From NCBI GenBank assembly GCA_964016885.1, contig OZ024750.1, forward strand, positions 54,002,001 through 54,066,000: 64,000 nt of DNA. Reading direction: 5' to 3'. The stretch comes from Eledone cirrhosa (lineage: Eukaryota). The notes beneath the pieces are model-generated. The model saw only the letters and a list, made by a program, of their open reading frames with translations, was not told the origin of the DNA and searched no databases. The position numbers were made by a program, and so were the translations under genes. Below are positions 49,286 through 60,379 of the stretch, in pieces. Position 1 is the stretch's first letter. Each line of letters begins with the position of its first letter.

Positions 49286-50048
49286 AATGAAAACAAGGCT
49301 GGATTTCAAATGGATGCAAAAATCAAATGTTGCAAAACTCACAATATGTATTTCTATGGCCTGCTTAGATCATCAGATCATGACGTAAGACTTATGGTGA
49401 TGTCATCAGGTGTAAATTACAATGATTAAATAATGAATTAATGCATATGGTAAACATAAATAGAGAATAAACTTGATTTGGAGATGGCATCCAGTGTTAC
49501 AATTATGTCCAACCATCTCCGAATCCTATATATACCCTGTAAGGTGGATGATGACAAGGAGAGCACCACCAGAAACAGCTCTTTCCAAAGTAAAAAGGAT
49601 GTTGGAATGATTGGGGGCTAATTTCAGTCTTGGGATCAAAAGACACCTGCCCATCAAATGACCATTGATATGAGAAGTTTTGAATGTTCATGCAATTCCA
49701 TCACTTCTAATTTTGTTCCATTGTATAATCCGTTCTGTAGAAGCATTAAATTGGTAGTATCGGTAGAGGGTTGGACACCATGCTTTCTAGCATAGTTACG
49801 TCCCTTTGCAGTCTGAGTTAAAATCCCGCCGAGGTTAACTTTGCCTTTCATCCTTACGGGGTCGATAAAATAAAGTACCAGTAATGCACTGGGATAATTG
49901 CTGGCCTTGTGCCAAAAATAGAAACTATTATTGTTGATCCTGCTTTTAATTGGGATTTGTGACAAGACAGTCCTATACTATATTATACTACATGGTACTA
50001 TACTATACACTACTATACTATATGGTACTATATTATACTACTATACTA

Positions 50049-50726
50049 TGAGACCTGGGCGCTGAAGGTGGAAGACTTACGTAGATTAGAGAGAAACGAA
50101 GCCTGCATGCTCCGATGGATGTGTAACAGTAATATACGTGAACGACAAAGCATAAAGGAATTGAGAGAGAGACTGAGCATAAGAGGAATCAAATGCTGCG
50201 TGCAGGAGAGGCGGTTACGCTGGTATGGACATGTGATGCGTATGAAGGATGACAGCTGCATAAAAAGGTGCAGAGCACTAGAAGTTGATGGAAACCGCGG
50301 AGTGGGGAGACCCAAGATGACTTGGGATGAGGTGATAAAAGCCGACCTTACCCAACTACACCTCAAAGTCAATGACACACGACCGTGACTTCTGGCGTCA
50401 CGCAGTAATACAGGGTACCCGACCTCCCATGGGTACATGCTGAAGCATATAAACAATATGCCCCCCTCCCCCCACCGCAAGGTGGTCGTGGAGGTGCCAC
50501 GGCAAAAAAGCACCCAGCCCACACTGTAAAGTGGACGTGTAGGCGCCACGAAAAAGCACCCAGCACTCACTGTAAATGAGGTTGGTGTTAGGAAGGGCAT
50601 CCAGCTGTAGAAATCAAGCCAGATCAGTTCCTGTATGAGCAAGGCATGGTCAGCCGACCAGACACTGCCCACAACAGGACAACCCGTCTAACCCATGCTA
50701 GCGTGGAAGAACGGTGATGATGATGA
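50049..50726 (+). mobile_element. RTE LINE 3' fragment inserted in a TACTA-type repeat tract (~49973-51321)
   Basis: LRRLERNEACMLRWMC..RRLRWYGHVMRM..GRPKMTW; (ATG)n tail; TACTATACTATATGG-type repeats on both sides. Confidence 0.9.
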
Positions 50727-51341
50727 CTATATGGTACTATATTATACTACTATATGGTACTAAACTATACTATATGGTACTATATTATACTACTATACTA
50801 TATGGTACTATACTATACTATATTATACTACTATACTAGGGCGGTGAATTGGCAGTATCGGTAGAGGGTTGGACGCCATGCTTTGGCGCATAGAGTTACG
50901 GCCCTTGCCATTCTGAGTTCAAATCCCGCCGAGGTTAACTTTGCCTTTCATCCTTATGGGGTCGATAAAATAAAGTACCAGTAATGTACTGGATAATTGC
51001 TGGCCTTGTGCCAAAAGTAGAAACAATTATACTACTATACTAATACTATATGGTACTATACTATACTATATTATACTACTATACTATACTATATGGTACT
51101 ATATTATACTATATGTTACTATATTATACTACTATACTATACTATATCGTACTATACTATACTATATGGTACTATATTACACTATACTATATGTTACAAT
51201 ACTATACTATATGTTACTATATTATACTACTATACTATACTATATTGTACTACTATACTATATGTTACTATATTATATGCTACTATATTATGCTTTGCAT
51301 TGCTATACTATATGGTACTATATGAAATATGTTTGTTGTAG

Positions 51342-51521
51342 GAGTATGGGTGTAATACTTTATGTTTTACTCAGTGGAGTTTCACCATTCCTCGATGAAA
51401 GTCAGGAAGAGACCTGCTCCAATATTGTACGTAACGACTACAGTTTTCCTGATGAGTATTTTGCTGGTATATCACCTGAAGCAAAGGATCTTGCCCGGTT
51501 AATGTTGATGGAAGATATGAA
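51342..51521 (+). CDS. KALRN/TRIO: Trio/Kalirin-like exon: kinase subdomains IX-X
   Basis: TAG|G AGT ATG GGT...AA|GTGAGT; SMGVILYVLLSGVSPFLDESQEETCSNIVRNDYSFPDEYFAGISPEAKDL. Confidence 0.97.
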
Positions 51522-52011
51522 GTGAGTATATATACACAACAGCAACTATTTTACCCCCTGTTGCATAAGTCAACCCTGTGGGTTTCATGAAACTATCTTG
51601 ATTATTTTTTAAATGATGTCAAGATTTCCTTGGTCCGACATGTTCCACCCAACTCAGTAAGGTCTGGGATCTTATCAATCAATTCCTCCTCCTTCCATTT
51701 GTATAGCTAAATCTATATGGTAAAATGTTATAAATTAAGACCAGGAAGACCATCATTCAACTTAGTACTTCATACTTACAGACTAGAGTATAGATATTAT
51801 TATAAGATAGATATGCCCTACCATTGAACTGAAACTGTTTTGAGACAGCTTAACTATAAGGTACATCTTATAAAATATGCATACATGTTTGTATGTGTCT
51901 GTGTTAATATTCAGCCAACAGTCATGCAATGTATGATTGTTAATAATGAGACTATACTGTATGATTGTTAAAATATAATGAGACTATACTGACAATGTTT
52001 CTCTGTTTCAG

Positions 52012-52147
52012 CAAACGACCATTAGCTCAACACTGTTTAGAGAGTTCTTGGATCAAGAAAGCTAGCATTTCTCGAACATCACCTCTTCGACCCAAACCTA
52101 TCTCAATTACACGCCTTGCTGATTTTGTAGAGAGAAGAAAACATCAG
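52012..52147 (+). CDS. KALRN/TRIO: Trio/Kalirin-like exon: kinase subdomain XI and tail
   Basis: CAG|C AAA CGA CCA; KRPLAQHCLESSWI...ITRLADFVERRKHQ, like the Trio/Kalirin C-terminal FIERRKHQ; donor CAG|GTTTGT probable. Confidence 0.9.
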
Positions 52148-52434
52148 GTTTGTCCCTACATGCCTTCACCATATTTTGTTTTAACACTTAGTCATCATCG
52201 TTATCACCATAATCTTTTTGCATCTAATTTCCATACTTGTATGGGCTGTATAGGTTGTTATAATCCACGTAATTTTTCAGAACTGCTCCCCTGCTAGATG
52301 GCTCGTGGGGGGGGGGGGGGGATCACTGTATCTCAATCAATTTTTGGCATACTCATTCACTAAATCTAATCTTTGAAAGTAGTTTTTTGTATTGTTGTTG
52401 TTATTATTGTTAATGTTTCTATTTAAATCTCCAG

Positions 52435-52551
52435 AACAATAATTTTATTTGTCCTATTTTCCATTCAATAGAAGATTTCATATTAAAAACAAACACACAC
52501 TCACAAATTTGTATAGCAAGTGAGAGAGCTTGGGAGATTTGTGAAATATAA
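52435..52551 (+). CDS. Candidate terminal exon of the Trio/Kalirin-like gene
   Basis: CTCCAG acceptor, phase 0; NNNFICPIFHSIEDFIL...* weakly resembles the vertebrate Trio end. Could be chance. Confidence 0.25.
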   Translation, partial: NNNFICPIFHSIEDFILKTNTHSQICIASERAWEICEI

Positions 52552-53254
52552 AGGCCTTTTAGTCAGTAAAATGTGTCCAGTTCTTCTGCTGCTCATAATA
52601 TTCCATTATATGTGATTAACAACCAATCCCTTTTTGTTTCACCCAGCTATGTTGCTTACAACCTTTAAAAAATACTCAGATTCTATTTTCTATACAGCTA
52701 CTTACATCCACTCTTCCATGTTTGCAAGAGTTAAATATATCCTTTCCAGAACAGTCTCCCTCCACTTGCAGTACTCCTTCAGCATATCCTTCATTAGGTT
52801 CAGTATCTTGAAATCAGTTCTAAACAGTTCTATTCAGATTTTTCTCAGGCTTCCTCTACTATAGTTTCCTTCCACTGGCATCTCTTGAACGTTCCTCATC
52901 CATATCCTTCATATGTTCAAACCAGTGCAGTCTTCCCTCTTGCACACAATAATACAATGAAAGCTGACACAGCAGTCGCAAGCATATTCAACTACCATAA
53001 ACATTCAATTTTCTCTGAATTTAGATTTTAATATCTTTAAATTATCTACCTTTTATAATGAGAAGAAAGAAAGGGTTGTTAACTCCTGATGGAATCATGC
53101 CCACCATCCTGACATGTCTTGTGGTTATTTTAAACTTGACAGAATCCATCTCCAGGTCAGGGAAAGAAAGGAGAGAGAAATAGAGGAAGAATCCGATCCC
53201 AGTACTGAACTGGCATCGACCTCGGATTGAAAGGCTTTGGTGATCTGAAACAAA

Positions 53255-53720
53255 TACACAATCACAATCTTTTATCCAACATTCTGAAACCAAAAAGCTC
53301 CGAAAACAGAACATGTTTTCCAGCATGTCATCTGCACACCAAAGTTTGCGTTTGACGCCAAACTTGACCCAAAATGACCCATGGTCAACCCAGATCACGC
53401 AGTTGTGTCTCAGTGCTCCTACCAGTCAGACTCATGTCTCCTCTGCTGCTCACTGAAATTTTGTTTATTTTTTGCTGAATTTTTTTACTTGGAAGACTGT
53501 GAAAATGTGAAAAAGAACTGCAGATTCCCCTATGGTTAACAGAAGCAGAAAAGGAAGCAACTGTCATTAATGATAACACAGAAAGTAGAGTTATTGCAGA
53601 AGCTTGCCTCCTGTAATGTTTTATCTAAAAAACTTTCAAATCTATGCTAAAAACCTTCAATTCCGAAATCTGAAAAGTGTCTGATCCCAAGGATTTCGGA
53701 TAAGAGATTGTGAGTCACTA
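53255..53720. mobile_element. Tigger/pogo-like MITE, decayed
   Basis: TCACAATCTTTTATCC versus GGATAAGAGATTGTGA inverted ends. Confidence 0.55.
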
Positions 53721-54329
53721 ATAATTACCATCAGGTCTTTGTTTACTTTCTTTGGCTAAAAGCTATGATAACCTCCACTAGATAGGCTTAAATATTTGGC
53801 ATGAGCATTGTCAATAACTCTTAGAAATTATCATTGATGGTCATACTCATTCAACAAGTGGACAGTTATCATATGTGTATGTGGGTTAGACTTCTTCCAG
53901 TTCTGGCAAATATGTTCTTGGTGTTGAACAGGATAGGCCTGCTCGTTAAATTAATATAAATGGCTGACCACTCCTCAGACATGTGTCTTTACTGTAATTC
54001 TCAGGGACATTCAGCTTGACAACAAGGCTGGCCTTTTAAATTACAGGTACAGTCCATCCAAACCAGGATCCTTGGTAGTGAAAAGGTTGAAAATTACTGG
54101 GATAGCATGTGAACATTCAATTTTTTGTGAAATGCTACTTGAAGTTTTTTAATTACTCACAGTTATATAAATAACATTACAAATTGTTTATAATTCTTAC
54201 AGAATAAAAATATAAAGACAAATATAAACATATATAATAAATACAATTAATTATTGCTAGGAACCTCACAAATATTATGCACAAAAATATATGATCGAAG
54301 GGAGAGAAAAAGAAGAAAAAAACAAACAA

Positions 54330-54640
54330 AAACAACCATCAATTGACCACCAAGTGCGATAATCAGCCACACCACACGGACCAACAGAATATTTTGAGGC
54401 AAGCCAACACGCTCGCAGCTAAAGAGCTGGCATAACCCTTACGGGCATCACCTGACACCTCGGTGAGCTGCCAACAATGACAAGAACATCTTTGTCTGTG
54501 GCCCAGCTCTACCAAATGTCTCAAACACCACACGCTGAAAAAAATAGTTATTTGATAGTTCCCAGTATTTTAGGATTTTATTCCGTTCAGCAACAAAAGC
54601 AGTGACCCACACATTTACTGCAGAATCCATTCTTGAAGTT
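54330..54640 (-). mobile_element. CRE-like non-LTR retrotransposon 3' fragment (RLE endonuclease)
   Basis: AERNKILKYWELSNNYFFQRVVFETFGRAGP follows the E..K..KY..L...F....ET.G..G pattern. Confidence 0.65.
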
Positions 54641-54734
54641 ATCTCCCCCTCCTTTCTGAATCTAATAATTACAACTAGGTTTTTTTTTTCTTTCTCCAAC
54701 TAGAAGGCAAATTTCAATTCATTTAGAATGTTTT

Positions 54735-55167
54735 ACATGTCATTCCATACATTGCTACATGTCGTTCTATACATTGCTCATGTCATTCCATACATTGCTA
54801 CATGTCATTCCATACATTGCTACATGTCATTCCATACATTACATGTCGTTCCATACATTGCTACATGTTGCACCATACATTGCTACATGTCGTTCCACGC
54901 ATTGCTACATGTCGTTCCATACATTGCTACATGTCGTTCCATGCATTGTTACATGCCATTCCATACATAACATGTCATTCCACGCATTGCTACATGCCAT
55001 TCCATACATTGCTACACATCGTTCCATACATTGCTACATGTCATTCCATACATTGTTACATGTTCCGTACATTGCTACATGTCGCTCCATACATTGCTAC
55101 ATGTCATTCCATACATTGCTACATGTCGCTCCATACATTGCTACATGTCGTTCCATACATTACTACA
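54735..55167. repeat. 22-bp minisatellite, ~20 copies
   Basis: ACATGTCATTCCATACATTGCT with variants. Confidence 0.95.
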
Positions 55168-55719
55168 TACCTGAATTATAGACATTCATGTCGTTGACCC
55201 CCTTTAGTTATTTCACTTACTATATATATAATGATGTAATCATGGGGTAGATTGGAACATGTGGTGTTCTCTTCATCATTTAGTCATTTTCACATTATTG
55301 GCTGCTGCTCACCTTCCAAGAGATGGAAGGCTGCAGCAGCGTGTCGTTTCTTTTTATGACATTCGGTGTATAGTTGCCGTGACAACATGACTCCATGGAC
55401 ACTGTGGAACAACACGGCTTCAGGCTCATTGGTGTGTCAGTATTTTTCTTTGTCCGATTTCCAGTGGTGGGGTTGGCATGATACGCGGCAGGCATTAGCC
55501 AGCAGCGGTCAACTCGGAACTGGTATGAACCGGGGGAATTTGACAATCTGTCTAATAATTCAAACCAGTAAATAAATAAGAAAAAATATTTCTAACTGTA
55601 ATAATAAATGTGTGGCAGCAAAGTGGCTGAGTGTCAGATAAAATGCCTTGTGGTATTGTTCAGGCTCTGCACTTTCTTAGTTCCAGTCCCACTGAGGTCA
55701 ACTTTACCTTTCATCTTTC

Positions 55720-58700
55720 AAGGTCTTCTTCCATTTATTTCTGAGAGGGTCGTGGGGGCAGAGTCCTCAAACACTCCTTCCAGTAGGTCATGTCAGAAGC
55801 AACTGTCTCTAACGATCTGGCTGGAACCCCAAGTGAGACCAACCAATCTTGCTCGGGGTCTATCTCTGGATCTCCTGCCAGTTGGTTTTACTCATAAAAT
55901 CTGTCCAGTGATTCTTTTCTCTGACATTCTAACCACATGTCTGTAATATCAGAGTTGTGATCTCTCAATTCAGAGAAGTAACAGCTCTACCTGGCGTAAC
56001 TCTCTGATTTCCGAGTACGCACTCTGCATTCTGGCTGCTTGTATTTGCAATCGTATTCTTTCAGTCATTACCCAAGATTCATAACCCCTAATGCTGGCAC
56101 ATGACTGAACCAGCTCCTGCAATTCTTGCACTTAAATCAGCTACTTTTTATCTGTACTCAAATACTCGGGCATTCATATAGAGACATGAAGGCAGCAAGA
56201 AGTGGACCATTGATCTCATACTTCTGCAGAACCTTACACAGCAGGTCCTGAGGAACACAGTCATATGCCTTGGTAATACTTGGTAATACTTCCACAATTT
56301 CTTAAAGACCTGCTGCAGTGTGAATATTTAGTTGGCTGTGCTGCTTCCTGGGTGAAAACCACATTGTTCATCAGCTAGCTTGGACTCGACAATCTCCCTG
56401 CATCTCTTTGCCAGACACCTAACAGTCTCTACCAGGGAGTCTTAACAAGTAGATCCCTCTGTAATTGGAACAATCTCTCTTGTCTCCCTCTTTGAAAATT
56501 GGGATTATCACTCCCAATTGCCATTGCTTAGGTGACCTTCGAGAGATCCAGGCCACCTGACACACACGAGTCAGCCTTCTCTATTTAAGGCTTTTAACAT
56601 CTTGGACCAAATTTCATCTTCCCCAGCAGCCATGCCATATTTGAGCTCTTTAACTGCTCTTGTGACCTCAGCCTCTGAGAGATTAGTCACCACTCCCAGA
56701 TGCATCTCATGTACATCAGAAGATACTATTGTGATTGGGTTTAGGAGATCAGCAAAGTATTCTCTCCACCTCACGAGGATGCACCTCTTTGAAGCAAGAA
56801 CCCCAGACATGTTCTTGATAGTAGGTATGGAGGAAGGCTTATTAGTCAGTGGATGTTCTGCCAGAACACTTTATTTGCCGATCTTAAGTCAGATTCCAGC
56901 TTAACCCCAAAGTCCTCCTTTGTCTTAACTTTGCAGGCCTTTAGTGTCGCTGCTGCGATTCTTTGTGCCTGAAGCAGGCACGAAGCAAGAAAAAAGGACT
57001 TTTAGGAAATAAATATCGGTGTACATGCAACATAATATAAAAGACAGTAAATACTGGTGTGTGTGTGTGTAATAAAGTTTTACTTCATAGAAGTCAAAGG
57101 CATATAATATAAGGGTTTGTTACCCGATGGTAATAATACAATTCTGAAGTTGGTAGAAACATCTTGGTGCTCTCATCTCAGGCTGCAAGCTGCATTGTGC
57201 TTGGTAACGAAAGGGTCGTCCAGAAGGAATCACAAGCTATGGTCGAAGATGTTACCACTTCAGGAATCAGGAGGCGAGAGAGAGATTTCACGGTAAATCG
57301 CTCTTTTTATATCTGTTGACCGGAAGTGACCACTAGGGAGTCTGGTCAATCCCAAAGGGAAGCAACTCCACCTACTTCCTGTCTAGAGAACAGCGATTCG
57401 ATTGTCGTGGCAGGGGAGGCAACTCTTACTACATTATCCCCCGCCAGATTTTTAAAACATAAAAATCGAAAGAAGCATGCATGGAGTAAGATGGCGAGCA
57501 TGTAAGAGGCATGAAAAATATGGTACAGAGTAATGGAAGTAAGGTGTTCCTGTTGAAATGTTTTTTAAAGAATATCAAATTTTTTTTTTTTTTTTTTTTT
57601 TTGAAAGTGTTCGTTGTAAGAAACGAGAAACATATATATATATCGTGAAATGCGACAGTTAGTTGATGCGTGAGAGAAAAAGTCTGTCTGTGCGAAAATT
57701 TCACATGTGCGTGGTGTGTTCGTCTCTTTTACTGAGTATTTTCATAGTTTGTCGATAAATTTGCTGTGTATTCGTAATGTTACTCACACAACTCCAGAAT
57801 CTGCTATTTTTTTCTTTTTTCGGGGTGACCACTTATAGCGATGAACGGCTGCGTGTTCGTATCACGTCAGGGTTACCAATATAGCGAAGATACTGGGTTG
57901 TATGAATGTAACAAAACGAGGCATGGTTTGTGTGTATAATATTTAATCAACAATTTAACAGTATAGTTGACATGTCAATGAATAAACGAAAGAATGAAGC
58001 AAAGTTAGTAGTTACCGTTTTGATTGCCAGGCAAACGCGAGACGCCTGGCGAAGGCCAGGCGCCGGAAGGGCAAATGAGAGGGAGAGAGCCGAAGGCTAT
58101 TCGTTTTATAGGGCTCTGCCGGAAGTTACAGAAAGGGTTCTACTTCCCGTCTAGATGTTGTTAATCTATTAGGGTTGTGAGTCACAACAAGGGAGACAAC
58201 CGCCACAGACTTATTTCCTCGCCAAGCTTTGTAAGCCTCCTCCTTTGCTCAGATGGCATCTTTGACATCTTAATTAATCCAAGGGGTCCTCCTGCCATCT
58301 GGCACCACACCAAGCCTCTTTCACCTGCAGCATGTAACAGTTAAAGCAGAAACTGCTGTACTGAACAATCTCCACTCTGTCTCAACGTCCTCAGTTTACT
58401 CAGGGAGTTCTCTAAATCTGGATGCAATAGCATCTGCATACCTGGTCCTAACTTCCGCCAATGCGGCACTTTATCCTGAAGGTCGCTCTGGATTTGCCAC
58501 TTTTGTGGGCTTCTTTAGCTTTAGGTAGTCTCAAGTTGCAGATAACAAGATGGTGATCAGTTGACAGCTCAGTCTCTCTCTTAACATCCATCAAAGAGAT
58601 CAGAGACAATAACAAAATCAATTATTGATCTCTGTCCCTGATTTCCCTTATACCATGTATATTAATTATTTCTACTTTTTTGGCACAAGGCCAGCAATTA

Positions 58701-59430
58701 TCCCAGTGCATTACTGGTACTTTATTTTATCGACCCCGTAAGGATGAAAGGCAAAGTTAACCTCGGCGGGATTTGAACTCAGATCATAAAGGGCCGTAAC
58801 TCTTTGCTGAAAAGCATGGCGTCCGACCCTCTACCGATACTGCCAATCCATCGCCGTACCATGTATATTAATGGATGTCTCTATGCTGGAAGAAGGTGTT
58901 TATAACAGAGAGTCCAGTGGTAGAACAGAAGTCTAGTAAGGCCTCTCCATTCATATTTAGATCAGGGTTGCCATTCCCCCCAATCACTCTTTTCCATGTC
59001 AGGTGGTCAGTACCAACATGTGCATTAAAGTCTCCCATCAGGATATATGACTCAGTCTTAACTCCATCTAACTCTACAGTGACTTTATCAAGGAAGGACC
59101 TGTATTCAGACTCCTTGTTTGGTACATAAACTAGCACCACCCACAGACCTATCTTTCAGCCTAAGTGTCAAGAAGAAAATCTTCCCTCCAAACAGGATCC
59201 AGTCCATAAGATATTCTGACAGCCAAAGTCTTGTGAGTATCTCCACTACTACCAGTGCAGTCATTTCTGGCACCACACCTGAATAGTGGAGTTTCCATCC
59301 CCCATCCAAATCTACAGTATCAGAGCCATGGAACTTTTTTGAGGAAACCCCAACTATATCTAGCCTGTAGCATCTAGCCTGCTCCTTACCTACAAGGGTT
59401 GTTATGTTCTAGGTTCCAACTGCTACAGTT
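55720..59430 (-). mobile_element. RTE-like LINE with APE endonuclease and RT remnants, interrupted by an LTR element and a SINE
   Basis: VGTxNITTL start, MGDFNAHVG, INTFFQH, RWREYFADLLN, AAGEDEI; many lesions. Confidence 0.85.
56970..58207 (-). mobile_element. Small non-autonomous LTR retroelement (5' LTR ~57880-58207, tRNA-Trp-type PBS, PPT, 3' LTR 56970-57432)
   Basis: On - strand: TGTGGCGG...GCTATA, then TGGTAACCCTGACGTGAT; later AATCTGGCGGGGGATAA directly before TGTAGTAA...CTTCA; TATAAAA in both LTRs. Confidence 0.75.
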
Positions 59431-60379
59431 TGCTCCCTTCCTGACCCTTCATGTGTCCATCCCACACCTCCCAGAACAGGTCACAGGCCCATCACCAATT
59501 TTTACGGCATGAAATGGAGACTGCAATATATGTTTTAACAGGCCCCTCTATCTAAGGCCTTAATGCATCCCTTGTTAACAACAATGCAGTATGGTTCTTT
59601 TTTTGTTTTCCTCATCATATTTCAGTTGCAGTTTCAGTGGTCTTATTTGCGCCAGTCACCAGTCTTTGTCAAACCTGTGAAGACTAGGATTTTTTTGAGA
59701 GTTTTCTCAGGAGCTACAGGTGTCGCCGAGTAATTTACTGCTGTTGGTCCAGGATTGCTTATTCATCCGCCAGTTGCCTACTTGCAACTAATCATCATAT
59801 CTGGTGGCCGTATCGCTATCCGCCACCTACAACCCATTCTCTAGCAGAACAGCTCTGCCGAGAATCCTTTCAAGGTTGATAAAAAAAATACCTGTCATGC
59901 ATTGGGGTTGATTCTGTTTTAACTCCTTCTCACTTCCTCTCATTCTCTGGAAGAAATTGGTTGTGTTCAGACCTGGAAAAGTGATATTTAAAATGCCCCA
60001 ATGGTTCCATCAGGAGTTGCAGGTCCATATATATACAAGAAAAACTCCAGAATAACAGGCCATTGACTCGACCTTAATAAAACTATTTGTATGTCTATGT
60101 ATGTTTAAACACCTGTAATCAATATATTTTAATCAAATCTATGTGTTGTTTATTATAACTACATAAATCTGAAGATTATTTGTATGAGTTTAATGTATAA
60201 ACGTAGTTACTAATATCAACACCACTATCATCATAACTATTATTATCATTATTATTTATTATCTATTTATTAATCTCCTTATCATGTTATTCTTATAATT
60301 ATTATTATCTATACATTAATGTTTCCATTACTACAACTGCTACCTTTATATTAATGTGTTCTTATTGTGTTATTGCTGA

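Noticed and set aside
48605-49429. Repeat-protein ORFs of 204-274 aa (VDVVSCGWCRNRVKYF)n
   Set aside because: A 48-bp intronic unit is open in several frames on both strands; no splice or domain support.
54728-55197. His/Cys-rich ORFs in three frames
   Set aside because: Artefact of the 22-bp minisatellite.
57143-57165. CTGAAGT...GAAAC hammerhead-like string
   Set aside because: Position 9 is T, there is no helix II, and it lies within an LTR.
59626-59733. Alternative terminal exon after a polypyrimidine tract
   Set aside because: Peptide shows no resemblance to Trio/Kalirin ends and lies in the probable 5' region of a LINE.
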